64,000 nucleotides of DNA from a virus (IMGVR_UViG_3300018065_000012); one strand, 5' to 3'; shown: positions 46,079-55,402, counted from the stretch's first letter. Notes: generated by a model not told the origin, from the sequence alone. A program made the numbers and translations.

Positions 46079-46140
46079 GGGCGTAGTGGTCTTGTCCCTC
46101 TCCTTCTCTTTTTTACAGGCCACTACGCCCAATTATTTTC
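46079..46140 (+). terminator. inverted repeat GGGCGTAGTGG ... CCACTACGCCC (11-bp stem, ~40-nt pyrimidine-rich loop) followed by AATTATTTTC
   Basis: Seen directly; lies between a stop at 46066 and a start at 46151. Confidence 0.3.
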
Positions 46141-46150
46141 AAGGTGAAGA

Positions 46151-46705
46151 ATGGAAAAGGCAGAAGTTTGTCCTCATTGTAAATATTCGAAGCTTATTGT
46201 TCACGACAGTGATACAAAGATAACTTGTCAGCTTGAGCAAGGCCGAGAATGCCCATACCATTTGGAGCATACAGTTGTCGGTAACAAGGACAAACGATTG
46301 TACATTTACAACATTGGATACGGTACATGTGAAGAGTCAGCAGATTGGCAGTATATGCATGAAGAAAAATTCACCGACGAGCAATTGTTTGATATCATGG
46401 AAGATTGCTTGTTCATTGCTTTGAAAAACACAAGAAAACCCAATTCAGAATATGAGCATTCACAACACCCTTCTTTTCAAGACTTGATGAGCAGTTGGAA
46501 GGATGATGGGATTTTTCATAAAGAACTTAAAAAAAGAGGCTTTCAACATATTGAGTTTACAGGGGGTTTTGATATATTTGGTTGGGCGAAATCAGACGTG
46601 CCAGATGATTGGGACGGTCATACAGGGCCAGAAACCAAAAAGCTTCAAAAGAATTTGAAACGACGTTTGGAAGAGCAGGATGCCGCTGAGCAAAAAAGTT
46701 TGTAG
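46151..46705 (+). CDS. protein with N-terminal short CPF-LEH-like module and 140-aa C-terminal domain
   Basis: EVCPHCKYSK ... GRECPYHLEHTVVGNKD at the N-terminus. Confidence 0.4.
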   Translation: MEKAEVCPHCKYSKLIVHDSDTKITCQLEQGRECPYHLEHTVVGNKDKRLYIYNIGYGTCEESADWQYMHEEKFTDEQLFDIMEDCLFIALKNTRKPNSEYEHSQHPSFQDLMSSWKDDGIFHKELKKRGFQHIEFTGGFDIFGWAKSDVPDDWDGHTGPETKKLQKNLKRRLEEQDAAEQKSL

Positions 46706-46952
46706 TTGTTGCGAACATTGTGATGCGCCGTTTGATACGTTGCCATCTGATTTGATTCCATGTTCTTTAATTCGGACCGTTCAACTTGGAGTTACTATGG
46801 ATGGTGGCAAGCCCGTTTATTTAGATTCAACAACAGGCTATGTAAGATATGATGAAAAACGTTTGAGCATTGACGATGATGTTCCAGAAGAATGTCCTTT
46901 TCATCTTGAACATTTAATGGAAACACAAAATGAAGACAAAGGAACTAATTGA
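46680..46952 (+). CDS. CPF-LEH family small Cys-rich protein
   Basis: MPLSKKVCSCCEH ... PEECPFHLEHLMETQN. Confidence 0.45.
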   Translation: MPLSKKVCSCCEHCDAPFDTLPSDLIPCSLIRTVQLGVTMDGGKPVYLDSTTGYVRYDEKRLSIDDDVPEECPFHLEHLMETQNEDKGTN

Positions 46953-47631
46953 GCAGTTAAAAGAAAACGACCCTTCAGGCGAACTTGAAGTTTGCGTTGA
47001 CAACCTTCCCATTTACTTTGTCGACGTTTTGCCTGCTTATTGGGATGGTCGCCTTCAGTGTTTAATTCAAGACCACTCCAAAGACCCTTATTACAACATC
47101 GTGGGTTACAGAATTACTTCTAATGGCGATAAGCTGAATTTGAGGACGATGGATTTGGGGACTGTGTTGTTGGACAATCCAGAAGCAGTTGTTGAGCTTG
47201 ATTTGGACAGTATGCCGTCTGAAAAACCTCGTTGGGAAAAGATAGTTGAAAAAGAAAGGAAAGAAGCAAGAACTATTTTGAGAGATGTCTGTTTGGAGAG
47301 TATCAAAGAAGACAGTGGCAACAGGTGGGAAGAATTCAAAAAGAATCGTGACTTGTATCAGAATGATATGAAGGTCAAAATTGCATCATTCCCTACTGAT
47401 GATCATCCTGCATATCAGCGCATCATAAAAATGAAAGCGCATGCTATTCCATTCTTGCTTTACGAGTTGAAGGAAGGTTTGAAACGGCCAGAAGGTCCAA
47501 ATCATTGGTTCACTGCGTTGAGTGTTATTATGGGGAAGGATAGGCCAGAAATCCCAGAGGAAGCACGCGGACGCATTGTTAAGATGGCCGAAATTTGGAT
47601 CAAATGGGGTGAAGAAAAAGGCTATGCATAG
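46930..47631 (+). CDS. hypothetical protein (233 aa)
   Basis: ORF only. Confidence 0.4.
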   Translation: MKTKELIEQLKENDPSGELEVCVDNLPIYFVDVLPAYWDGRLQCLIQDHSKDPYYNIVGYRITSNGDKLNLRTMDLGTVLLDNPEAVVELDLDSMPSEKPRWEKIVEKERKEARTILRDVCLESIKEDSGNRWEEFKKNRDLYQNDMKVKIASFPTDDHPAYQRIIKMKAHAIPFLLYELKEGLKRPEGPNHWFTALSVIMGKDRPEIPEEARGRIVKMAEIWIKWGEEKGYA

Positions 47632-47662
47632 TAATTTTCGCCCCAAAAGATGTCTTGGAAAA

Positions 47663-47671
47663 TTGTATAAT
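47663..47671 (+). promoter_or_regulatory. TTGTATAAT promoter motif
   Basis: GGAAAATTGTATAATTAAGAGGAAAAAATG upstream of 47684. Confidence 0.4.
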
Positions 47672-47683
47672 TAAGAGGAAAAA

Positions 47684-48067
47684 ATGGATCAACCGAAGTG
47701 TTTCAAGTGTGAAAAGCCGATTGAAGCCGCCGTAAGAGAACCTACACAAGAGGACTATTGGAGCATGCCTTGTGGGGTTCATTTTCGCGGTGGTAGCAAT
47801 TTTGGCTCTACTGTTTATGATACGCTGATAGATAAAAAGCAAGTTGAATTGATTGTTTGCGATGACTGTTTGAAAAAACACCAACCGCTTTTGAGAGTTG
47901 TTGAAGCTTGTAAAACGTGCAGCCTCTATGAACAAAAGCCAAAGGAATGTGGCAAGTGTTGGTTGAAAGAAACTGAACTCCAGAAAAAGATCAAGGAAGG
48001 AAGGATTGAAGGAAAATCATTCCGGCAAATACTTGATGAACACAAAAAGGAAGAACAGGGAGATTGA
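47684..48067 (+). CDS. Cys-rich hypothetical protein
   Basis: Multiple CxxC pairs (CFKCEK, CDDCLKK, CKTC, CGKC). Confidence 0.4.
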   Translation: MDQPKCFKCEKPIEAAVREPTQEDYWSMPCGVHFRGGSNFGSTVYDTLIDKKQVELIVCDDCLKKHQPLLRVVEACKTCSLYEQKPKECGKCWLKETELQKKIKEGRIEGKSFRQILDEHKKEEQGD

Positions 48068-48300
48068 GAATGGCAACATGTATTTGGATAAACGCGAATG
48101 CAGAGCAGTGTCAATCTGATGCTCAAGAAGGAAGCTTCTTTTGCGGCGATCACGACGGCGTTGTCTGCTATGATTGCGGCGTTCAAGCAACCCATGAGTG
48201 CGGCGTGACGACGAATGGTTTGCTTTGTAGCGTCAATCTTTGCGGTGGTTGTCAAATTGATCACGTTGAAAAATGCCACGCAGAAGGGCCGGAAGAATGA
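48064..48300 (+). CDS. small Cys-rich hypothetical protein
   Basis: CYDCG ... CGGCQ. Confidence 0.35.
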   Translation: MRMATCIWINANAEQCQSDAQEGSFFCGDHDGVVCYDCGVQATHECGVTTNGLLCSVNLCGGCQIDHVEKCHAEGPEE

Positions 48301-48596
48301 AGCTCGATGTTACGCCAAGGAAAAAAATGATGGCTTGGGGCGGTTACATTGAAGTCAGCGATTATCCGCTACGCGTAGCCGACGTCAAAAAGGTTCGCAT
48401 CCCGAATAATCTTGTCAAAGCAATGTGCGGAGGCAAATGGCCCGACGACAGGGGCAAGTGGTTTCAAGGGTTCAACTTTGATGCTGTTGATTGTTGGGCT
48501 ATTGAAGGTGATGAGCTGATTCCTTGCGATGGCAGTAGTGATTCGGCTTCGCCTTGTCCGGGGCCAAACCTGAAGATTGTTGCATTGGAGTATTGA
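48297..48596 (+). CDS. hypothetical protein
   Basis: ORF only. Confidence 0.35.
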   Translation: MKLDVTPRKKMMAWGGYIEVSDYPLRVADVKKVRIPNNLVKAMCGGKWPDDRGKWFQGFNFDAVDCWAIEGDELIPCDGSSDSASPCPGPNLKIVALEY

Positions 48597-48597
48597 G

Positions 48598-49089
48598 ATG
48601 GAAAAGATTTTTGGGAAATATAAAACATTAGTCATAGCCCTTATGTTTGTTGGTATTGGAATAGGAATAGGAGAAAAGTGGCAAGAGCATTCTGCAAAAA
48701 AGAGCGCCCCCAAAGGTCTTTCCAGAAGTCTTTCCGGCGAAGCGTATAGCTGTAAATACAGAGCGTTGATCGTCAGCGTCTATGACGGCGACACAGTGAC
48801 GGCCAATTTTGACCTTGGGCTGGACGTTCATATTGACAAGCAGAAGGTGCGCTTGTATGGAATCAATACGCCAGAGTTACGCGGGGAAGAAAAAGAACAA
48901 GGCATTGTATCACGCGACAAGTTGCGGGAACTGATTTTGAATCATTGGGTGATCATTCACGTTCCAAATAATAAACGCGGAAAGTACGGAAGGTGGCTTG
49001 GAATCATTTACAAAGACGAAGCGGGAACGTTGGTAAACATCAACGATTACCTTTTGGAAAATGGTTATGCGAAGGTGTATGAAGAATGA
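48598..49089 (+). CDS. staphylococcal-nuclease (SNase/thermonuclease)-like protein with N-terminal hydrophobic segment
   Basis: VSVYDGDTVTANF ... VRLYGINTPEL ... matches the SNase signature V.DGDT ... VRL.GIDAPE. N-terminal TM/signal LVIALMFVGIGIGIG. Confidence 0.65.
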   Translation: MEKIFGKYKTLVIALMFVGIGIGIGEKWQEHSAKKSAPKGLSRSLSGEAYSCKYRALIVSVYDGDTVTANFDLGLDVHIDKQKVRLYGINTPELRGEEKEQGIVSRDKLRELILNHWVIIHVPNNKRGKYGRWLGIIYKDEAGTLVNINDYLLENGYAKVYEE

Positions 49090-49532
49090 ATTTCCGAGGG
49101 GAGTATGAATTCTTGAGCAACTTTTCTTCATCACCCATCGCTTACGATGGGTGTTTGTTTCCTACTGTGGAACATGCTTTTCAATATGCAAAAGTTGAAG
49201 GGCCAGTTTGGAAAAAGATGATAAAGGAAGCAGAGACTCCCGGTAGGGCAAAAAAAATTGGCCGCAGAGGTAAGATGATTGCCGATTGGGATAGCAAGAA
49301 ATTTGGCGTCATGTTGACGCTTTTGAACTTGAAGTTCGCCGATGATGAACTCAAAGAGCAACTTTTGGAGACGGAACTTCAAAATCTTGTTGAAACCAAT
49401 ACGTGGCATGATCGCACGTGGGGTGTATGTTGTTGTGATAAATGTGGCGGGAAAGGGGAGAATATGCTCGGAAAATTGTTGATGCAAGTCCGAGATAGGT
49501 TGAGAAGGGAGAGAAGTGGAGCCGTCGAATGA
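49086..49532 (+). CDS. NADAR (DUF1768, YbiA-like) domain protein
   Basis: MNFRGEYEFLSNFSSSPIAYDGCLFPTVEHAFQYAK matches the conserved NADAR N-terminus (FRGEY.FLSNF ... FPT.EH.FQ). Confidence 0.65.
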   Translation: MNFRGEYEFLSNFSSSPIAYDGCLFPTVEHAFQYAKVEGPVWKKMIKEAETPGRAKKIGRRGKMIADWDSKKFGVMLTLLNLKFADDELKEQLLETELQNLVETNTWHDRTWGVCCCDKCGGKGENMLGKLLMQVRDRLRRERSGAVE

Positions 49533-49768
49533 ACAAGGAAGAATTTGTAGAGAAGCACGGAGAAGAAGCTTTGTCTTTTGTTAATCCGAACATGAATGCG
49601 TTTATGCAAAAGCATTTTAGCGCAGTGGTAGCAGATGCAACAGAATATGACATCATTGATCATGACGTTATTGGACGCGTCCTTGGGCTGATTGGGTTCA
49701 AGAATAGCAGTTTGCTGGAGGCAAAAAAGTTTATTCAGAAACACGTTCCAAAAGAGTTTTTGAAATGA
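49529..49768 (+). CDS. hypothetical protein
   Basis: ATGA overlap. Confidence 0.35.
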   Translation: MNKEEFVEKHGEEALSFVNPNMNAFMQKHFSAVVADATEYDIIDHDVIGRVLGLIGFKNSSLLEAKKFIQKHVPKEFLK

Positions 49769-50253
49769 AGCGGTTGCATTACACAAACAAGCGGTTTGAG
49801 CGGCTTATTAACCGAAGAAAGACCAATTTGCGGCCAGACGACAAGCCGCAAGGTCTTTGGTATAGCGTTGGTAACGCTTGGGTCGATTGGTGCGTTGGAG
49901 AAACATTTGATGGCCTTGGGCGTTGGCAATATGAACTTGAAGTTGACTTTTCCAAAATGCTTGTTCTGAGTACAATAAAAGCTATTCGGGATTTCACGAA
50001 AGAGTATGGCGTCAAAGAGCGTTATGAAGCGGGTTTCAAAAGCGGTCCGTTTAAGCTTGATTGGCCCAAGATCAAAAAGTTGTATTCAGGCGTTGAGATC
50101 AATCCGTATCAATGGAAACTTCGGCATGATAAACGTTTCCGGTGGTACTACAGCTGGGACGTGGCGTCAGATTGTATTTGGAAGTCAAACGCATTGATCG
50201 GTTGGAAAGAAAGCGAATATGTTGAACAAAAGCATTTGTATAAAGTGTCGTAA
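49765..50253 (+). CDS. hypothetical protein
   Basis: ATGA overlap. Confidence 0.4.
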   Translation: MKRLHYTNKRFERLINRRKTNLRPDDKPQGLWYSVGNAWVDWCVGETFDGLGRWQYELEVDFSKMLVLSTIKAIRDFTKEYGVKERYEAGFKSGPFKLDWPKIKKLYSGVEINPYQWKLRHDKRFRWYYSWDVASDCIWKSNALIGWKESEYVEQKHLYKVS

Positions 50254-50488
50254 TAGTCCAGACATGTTTCACAGATGGGATGACAGTATCTCGACGAACA
50301 AGGATAAGTTTGCAGATTTGATCGCCAGAGATGATAGCTGGCATGATGATGAAGCGATTTGGGAAATAAGGAAACGGGTTTGGTGTCCTTATAAGCCACC
50401 GACAATAAATGAACCTCATTTGTCTATATATTCTGAACCGCCAAAGAATTGTCCTTTCGTTTTGGAACACTTGGTGAGCAAATGTTGA
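50219..50488 (+). CDS. CPF-LEH family small Cys-rich protein
   Basis: MLNKSICIKCRNS ... PPKNCPFVLEHLVSKC. Confidence 0.45.
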   Translation: MLNKSICIKCRNSPDMFHRWDDSISTNKDKFADLIARDDSWHDDEAIWEIRKRVWCPYKPPTINEPHLSIYSEPPKNCPFVLEHLVSKC

Positions 50489-50712
50489 ATAAAGCCGTTT
50501 GCAAAAGATGTTATAAGAAATATGGCGTCAATTGGACCGGCAAAGAAGGAAGTGCTTTTTGGGCGAACGAAGCTTGGGAAAAGGGGTTTGTACGTTGTCC
50601 TAAAAGGGCTGTCGAAGGCGTCTCGCGGCTTGTTACTGTCAGCAAGCATTTTATCGACGCGACGCCCAACCATTGTCCCTTTATACTTGAGCATACTGTG
50701 AGCAAGAAATGA
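50482..50712 (+). CDS. CPF-LEH family small Cys-rich protein
   Basis: MLNKAVCKRCYKK ... TPNHCPFILEHTVSKK. Confidence 0.45.
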   Translation: MLNKAVCKRCYKKYGVNWTGKEGSAFWANEAWEKGFVRCPKRAVEGVSRLVTVSKHFIDATPNHCPFILEHTVSKK

Positions 50713-51101
50713 AAGCTGTATCTGAAATCTTTTTGGAAGCTTGCGAAGGAACTTCACATTCAGGCTCAACAGTCATTGATTGTGAATTGTGCGGCAGAAC
50801 TCATTTCAACTCGTCGGACACAGGATGTTTCGAAGAGGGTGAATTGGAACAACTGCAAAAAGAGGCTGATAAAGACCCAGAGAAGTATGTAGAAACTGAT
50901 TACACAATTCCGTGGCTCTACGTGGATGATAAACAAGCGGTGATTGGATGTCCATGTAACAAGCTTGCTTACTATGAACATTTGTTTTGGCAGCATCGTA
51001 AACTGATTGCAAATTATTTCACGGCGCGTGCGAAAAGGATGACTGAGTATGCACAGGAAGCTGAAATCGCGGCTGGTAAAGTAAGAGGAGCGGCACGATG
51101 A
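50709..51101 (+). CDS. hypothetical protein
   Basis: ATGA overlap. Confidence 0.4.
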   Translation: MKAVSEIFLEACEGTSHSGSTVIDCELCGRTHFNSSDTGCFEEGELEQLQKEADKDPEKYVETDYTIPWLYVDDKQAVIGCPCNKLAYYEHLFWQHRKLIANYFTARAKRMTEYAQEAEIAAGKVRGAAR

Positions 51102-51505
51102 GAAGAAGATACCCCATTGGCCTTAAAATGAATGCTTGGATTGGCCGTCATATTTTCAATCATCCTATTGAGTGGGCGACAGAGAAAGTTTTTCCAGTAG
51201 ACAAAAACAAAAAGAAGGATTGGGCGAAAATTCCATTGTTTGCCGACACAGGCAAAGACCATCCGCATATGGAACGTTGTCCTGATTACAACGGTGATAT
51301 CAAAGCAGCAATAGAATTGGCTTTCCATATGGGGATGACGTTGGAAAGCATGGGATACAAAGACGGCCATCACGAGTGGCAAGTTGGATTTTCTGATTAT
51401 CATGTGTTGGATTATTGTCATTATGTAAATGCGGCAAAGAACGAAACTTTGTCCCGTGCGATTTGCAAAAGTGCATATGATAAAACGTTAAAGAGAAACC
51501 GATGA
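51098..51505 (+). CDS. hypothetical protein
   Basis: ATGA overlap. Confidence 0.4.
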   Translation: MRRRYPIGLKMNAWIGRHIFNHPIEWATEKVFPVDKNKKKDWAKIPLFADTGKDHPHMERCPDYNGDIKAAIELAFHMGMTLESMGYKDGHHEWQVGFSDYHVLDYCHYVNAAKNETLSRAICKSAYDKTLKRNR

Positions 51506-51786
51506 TAAAGCAATTTGAAGCGCCAGATGATAGTTGGGAGTTTTGGCTTGTTGGTAATAAGGGAGTAAGACAACTTGTTGATCTCAAATCAACATTGATT
51601 TGTACGAAGGAAGATAAAAGTTGGTATTGGTATGGCGGAGAAAATCCACCGCATTGGGGTGCTCATTCTGGAAATTCTGTGTGCGGGGGAGGTTACGAAG
51701 AAGTGAATGTTATTTCAAGAGACAATGCGCTCAAGCTTTTGAAAGAGCAAGAGTCACGGAGAACAAATGCTTTGTCCAGTGTGTAA
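51502..51786 (+). CDS. hypothetical protein
   Basis: ATGA overlap. Confidence 0.35.
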   Translation: MIKQFEAPDDSWEFWLVGNKGVRQLVDLKSTLICTKEDKSWYWYGGENPPHWGAHSGNSVCGGGYEEVNVISRDNALKLLKEQESRRTNALSSV

Positions 51787-52582
51787 AACTAAATTGACTT
51801 GTACGGGTCAAGCAAAATTGGAAACGCTTGATGAGCATATCTTTTGCGAAACGCCGTCGCTAAAGGACAAGTTTGAATGCTTGAACGCAAATTGCTCAAC
51901 TTACAACCATGTATACTGGAATAAAATGGGCGAGTATTACAACAGCGACAATGATTACAAAAAAGAGTTTGGCTTCATTGGTGGAAATTCCGCGCCACTT
52001 GGAACGTTTCAGCGTCAACTAAATGTTGAGATCGAGAAAAAGGATGAAAATTATACGCTGTTTGAAACCAAGAAGTGGCGATTCAGAATTGTATTCAAAT
52101 ACAAAGCGGACCGGAATGGAAAGGTTTTGAAGCGCTGGAGGAAGCTTGAGATTTGGAAGCGCAAATGCGGTGAGGAACTTTGGACGTTGCATATTCCCGG
52201 CATCAAGATGTTGATATACAAAATTGGGGAGATAAACAGACTGTTCAGAAATTTCAACGCGAGTCATCATCCCGGAACGCGAGAGAAATTGATATTGGCG
52301 GGTGTTTCAGAAAAGGGCGAAGAGTGGTGGCGCAGGTTGGGTGCGAAATATGCCCGATGGAGGATTGTTTTTGGGATGCGACAGGTGTTGAGCGAGAGAG
52401 TATGTAAGCAATGCAAACATTGTAAAGACACTTATGATTCCGGGCGATTTTGGAGTGTGAATTGTAACGTGAGCAGCGTATTTCAACCAACACAGTATGA
52501 CTGTCATGTAATGCCGCATGATTGTCCTTTCCGTTTGGAACACTTGATGGATTTGCAAGATGTCAAAACCGTTAAAGCGTGA
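51767..52582 (+). CDS. 271-aa protein with C-terminal CPF-LEH module
   Basis: N-terminal CPVCKTKLTC zinc-ribbon-like; C-terminal RVCKQCKHCKD ... PHDCPFRLEHLMDLQD. Confidence 0.4.
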   Translation: MLCPVCKTKLTCTGQAKLETLDEHIFCETPSLKDKFECLNANCSTYNHVYWNKMGEYYNSDNDYKKEFGFIGGNSAPLGTFQRQLNVEIEKKDENYTLFETKKWRFRIVFKYKADRNGKVLKRWRKLEIWKRKCGEELWTLHIPGIKMLIYKIGEINRLFRNFNASHHPGTREKLILAGVSEKGEEWWRRLGAKYARWRIVFGMRQVLSERVCKQCKHCKDTYDSGRFWSVNCNVSSVFQPTQYDCHVMPHDCPFRLEHLMDLQDVKTVKA

Positions 52583-52775
52583 CATAGAAATCTGCAATCA
52601 TTGCAGAAGCTTTGAGAGAAGATCACTTTGCAATTTCTCGGAAGAGTTGGAGAGAAAAATCATTGTGAACGCTTGTGAAATCGAAGTGGATTCTATTGCG
52701 GTGATGACGCATAGAATAAAAGTTCCAGACAGCTGCCCTTTTCTCTTGGAGCATGTAGTGAAAAATGCTGAATAA
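52560..52775 (+). CDS. CPF-LEH family small Cys-rich protein
   Basis: IEICNHCRSF ... PDSCPFLLEHVVKNAE. Confidence 0.4.
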   Translation: MSKPLKRDIEICNHCRSFERRSLCNFSEELERKIIVNACEIEVDSIAVMTHRIKVPDSCPFLLEHVVKNAE

Positions 52776-53088
52776 AGAAGTTTGCAAAAAATGTTGGAAG
52801 GGTGAATGGGACGCGGCCCAAGATAACCTTTGGAAGCTTGGAGAAGTTGAATGCAGATCATACAGAAATTTTGTGTTCATAAAGAATCGATATTCTCACG
52901 ACAAGATTCCTGAAGATTGTGAGTATGCTACAGAACACATCGTGAAAGCAGGGAGGCCGGTAGAGTTTCAAACAGCAGAAGACATTAGATACACGATGGG
53001 TGTCGACACAGCGTCTGCAAATTCTAAAAGCTGGACTTATTTTTGCATACGCAATGAAAACGGTACTTGGAGAGTTATATGCTCGTAA
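52765..53088 (+). CDS. CPF-LEH family small Cys-rich protein with C-terminal extension
   Basis: MLNKEVCKKCWKG ... PEDCEYATEHIVKAGR. Confidence 0.45.
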   Translation: MLNKEVCKKCWKGEWDAAQDNLWKLGEVECRSYRNFVFIKNRYSHDKIPEDCEYATEHIVKAGRPVEFQTAEDIRYTMGVDTASANSKSWTYFCIRNENGTWRVICS

Positions 53089-53112
53089 AGAAATTATGAA
53101 AAGGAGATGAAC

Positions 53113-53649
53113 ATGAGCGAACAGAGGGAATTCAATCCAGTTGATGCAAAAGATGTGGATGTTGACGCTGTATGGGATCAAGTCCCTGCAAGGGTTCCCG
53201 TCATTGATAGGAGAAATGGAGAAGAGATTGGCTATGTGGACAAAACAGATGTAAAAGAGAAACTCAAAAATCAACGGTTCTGGAGTCTTGTTCTTGAATC
53301 ATCGAATAAATTCGTGCTGGTTTACAATACCCTTTATGATAGCAAAACGTTCGAACATACCGCAGGAAGTGTTTCCGAACTTCTTGCTATCACTCGTGCA
53401 AATATTAAAACAGCGTTGGGAGCAGATGATCCTTACAACAGAATGTTGGGCGTTTCATATACGAATGAAGGAAGAAATCATCATGTCAACTTACATATAA
53501 CAACGCTCAAAAAAGATTTATGGATGCTCCCAGAAAAGTTGAAAGAGAAGTTATGCGCAAAAAGTGATGATGTGATGGGTAATGGCCCGTCTGAAAAGAT
53601 AGTCAATTTCGTGAGAGAACAAATACTTCAGGAACAAAATGCTAAGTAA
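53113..53649 (+). CDS. hypothetical protein
   Basis: RBS AAAGGAG 7 nt upstream of the second ATG. Confidence 0.4.
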   Translation: MSEQREFNPVDAKDVDVDAVWDQVPARVPVIDRRNGEEIGYVDKTDVKEKLKNQRFWSLVLESSNKFVLVYNTLYDSKTFEHTAGSVSELLAITRANIKTALGADDPYNRMLGVSYTNEGRNHHVNLHITTLKKDLWMLPEKLKEKLCAKSDDVMGNGPSEKIVNFVREQILQEQNAK

Positions 53650-53929
53650 AGAAGTGTGCTGGAAATGCTTTTGTAGACACTATGGCCTTCATGAGCAACA
53701 TTCGAAGGGCACCGCGCACGTGACGTTTGATGACCATTTTAATAAGGATGGAGGATGGTCTTTTCGTTACACTTATTGTCCAATTGGAAATATCTGGTTG
53801 CACATTCATGAACCGTCAGAGTATTGTGAATACACTTTGGAACATATTATGACGTGGGAGAAGACGTGCCAGAATGCAGAAAGTGCGGCAAGTGTTGTTA
53901 CTTCAAAGCAAGAATCGGTGGACAAGTAG
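53639..53929 (+). CDS. CPF-LEH family small Cys-rich protein
   Basis: MLSKEVCWKCFCR ... PSEYCEYTLEHIMTWEK. Confidence 0.45.
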   Translation: MLSKEVCWKCFCRHYGLHEQHSKGTAHVTFDDHFNKDGGWSFRYTYCPIGNIWLHIHEPSEYCEYTLEHIMTWEKTCQNAESAASVVTSKQESVDK

Positions 53930-54153
53930 TCCTTACCAAAACGGCTTGTCCCTTTTTAGACGAGAAAACGAATCTGTGCAAAGTGTTTGATAAGCGTTTT
54001 GAAGTTGTTGAAGGATGTTTGCCTGCTGAAACAGCAGCGCAACGCGGGATGCTTCCTGAAGATTGCCCGTTTGTTCAGGACATTCCAAACTACAAAGGCC
54101 CAAGGCCGATTGAAGAGTTGTTTGATGGTATGGCCGGAAACTCAACTCAATAA
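53854..54153 (+). CDS. YkgJ-family (CxxCxxCC) cysteine-cluster protein, paralog of 39858-40205
   Basis: ECRKCGKCCYF ... ACPFLDEKTNLCKVFDKRFEVVEGCL; GTG start. Confidence 0.4.
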   Translation: MGEDVPECRKCGKCCYFKARIGGQVVLTKTACPFLDEKTNLCKVFDKRFEVVEGCLPAETAAQRGMLPEDCPFVQDIPNYKGPRPIEELFDGMAGNSTQ

Positions 54154-54352
54154 GAAAGTTTGCCAACGATGTAAAGGCGAATGGGAACATCGTGATGAGC
54201 ACCACTGGGATGAACTTGGGGACGTTTATTGTCCAAAAAAAGGTGGCGCAATTTGTTCAACTGTAACGTGTTCTCCGCCGCCAAGTTGGTGTGTTTACAA
54301 ATTGGAGCATTTGGTTCATCGGAAAGAGCCGTTCAAAAATGATTTTGAGTAA
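54125..54352 (+). CDS. CPF-LEH family small Cys-rich protein
   Basis: QLNKKVCQRCKGE ... PPSWCVYKLEHLVHRKE. Confidence 0.4.
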   Translation: MVWPETQLNKKVCQRCKGEWEHRDEHHWDELGDVYCPKKGGAICSTVTCSPPPSWCVYKLEHLVHRKEPFKNDFE

Positions 54353-54548
54353 AAAGATTTGCATAAGCTGTTACAAAAAGCAAAACTGGAAATGGGCGAG
54401 ATACTACGAATTTCATTGGAAGGGGAATGATGGACGCCTTTGGTGCGTGATAAATTATGAATTTCGCAGGGCCAAATTTAATCCACCAGACAACTGCCCT
54501 TTTTACTTGGAACACTTTATGGAATTTCAGAATGATTGTCAAGTGTAA
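54339..54548 (+). CDS. CPF-LEH family small Cys-rich protein
   Basis: MILSKKICISCYKK ... PPDNCPFYLEHFMEFQN. Confidence 0.45.
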   Translation: MILSKKICISCYKKQNWKWARYYEFHWKGNDGRLWCVINYEFRRAKFNPPDNCPFYLEHFMEFQNDCQV

Positions 54549-54891
54549 AAATTGTTCTCGCAATATTGAAACAGAAAAGATGGATCATTATTACACTTCT
54601 GGCTACTATTGTTCAAACAAATGTTGGGAAACATTGCTCAGAGTTTGTGTCAATTGTGGAAAACAAGATTTGGAAGTTAGGAGCAATGATAACTGTTGTG
54701 ACGCGCCCGTATGTCGCGAGTGCTTTTTCAAATTGATTTGTAACAAATTGCCGCCTATAAAAGATTGGGATAGATTCAGAAACAAATACGATTGGAGCGT
54801 CTATCCATACTATTTTGAATATTTCATTGACAAGGAGAACAAATACCGTGGACGTGACTTTCAGGCGGTTACAGATTCCAGACGTGATTGA
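54532..54891 (+). CDS. Cys-rich hypothetical protein
   Basis: MIVKCKNCSRN ... CVNCGKQ ... CRECFFK. Confidence 0.35.
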   Translation: MIVKCKNCSRNIETEKMDHYYTSGYYCSNKCWETLLRVCVNCGKQDLEVRSNDNCCDAPVCRECFFKLICNKLPPIKDWDRFRNKYDWSVYPYYFEYFIDKENKYRGRDFQAVTDSRRD

Positions 54892-55402
54892 AGTCGAGCC
54901 AAGTGTTCATCTGGATACAAGAGGGCACTTTCAAGAGTTTTATCATAAGGAAAAATATTTTGATGGCGGAATCACTTGCGAGTTTGTTCAAGACAATACA
55001 TCTGTTACAGCGCAATATGTTTTGAGAGGAATGCATTACCAATTGAACAATCCGCAAGCAAAATTGGTTTCAGTGCTTCATGGAAAAGTGTTTGATGTAG
55101 CATTGGACATCCGCAGAGCATCGCCAACGTTTGGGCAAGCCGTTGGCGCGACGCTTTCTGCTTCTGGCGCGAAGCAATTGTTCATTCCAGAAGGGTTTGC
55201 GCACGGTTTTTACGTTATATCAAAATGGGCGTTGTTCTTTTACAAATGTTCTGCATTGTATGATCCAGCTGATGATCGTGGTGTTCATTGGGCCAGTGTG
55301 AACATTTGGGATTTTCAAAAGGAAGGCGACCCGTTGCTTTCTGAAAAAGACAACGGACTACCATTGTTGAATCAAACGCCAATGATTGATCTTCCAGAAT
55401 GA
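54848..55402 (+). CDS. rmlC: dTDP-4-dehydrorhamnose 3,5-epimerase (RmlC-like cupin)
   Basis: RGHFQEFYHKEKYF ... QDNTSVTAQYVLRGMHYQ ... GKVFDVALDIRRASPTFGQ ... IPEGFAHGF matches RmlC active-site regions. GTG start inferred. Confidence 0.65.
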   Translation: MDVTFRRLQIPDVIEVEPSVHLDTRGHFQEFYHKEKYFDGGITCEFVQDNTSVTAQYVLRGMHYQLNNPQAKLVSVLHGKVFDVALDIRRASPTFGQAVGATLSASGAKQLFIPEGFAHGFYVISKWALFFYKCSALYDPADDRGVHWASVNIWDFQKEGDPLLSEKDNGLPLLNQTPMIDLPE

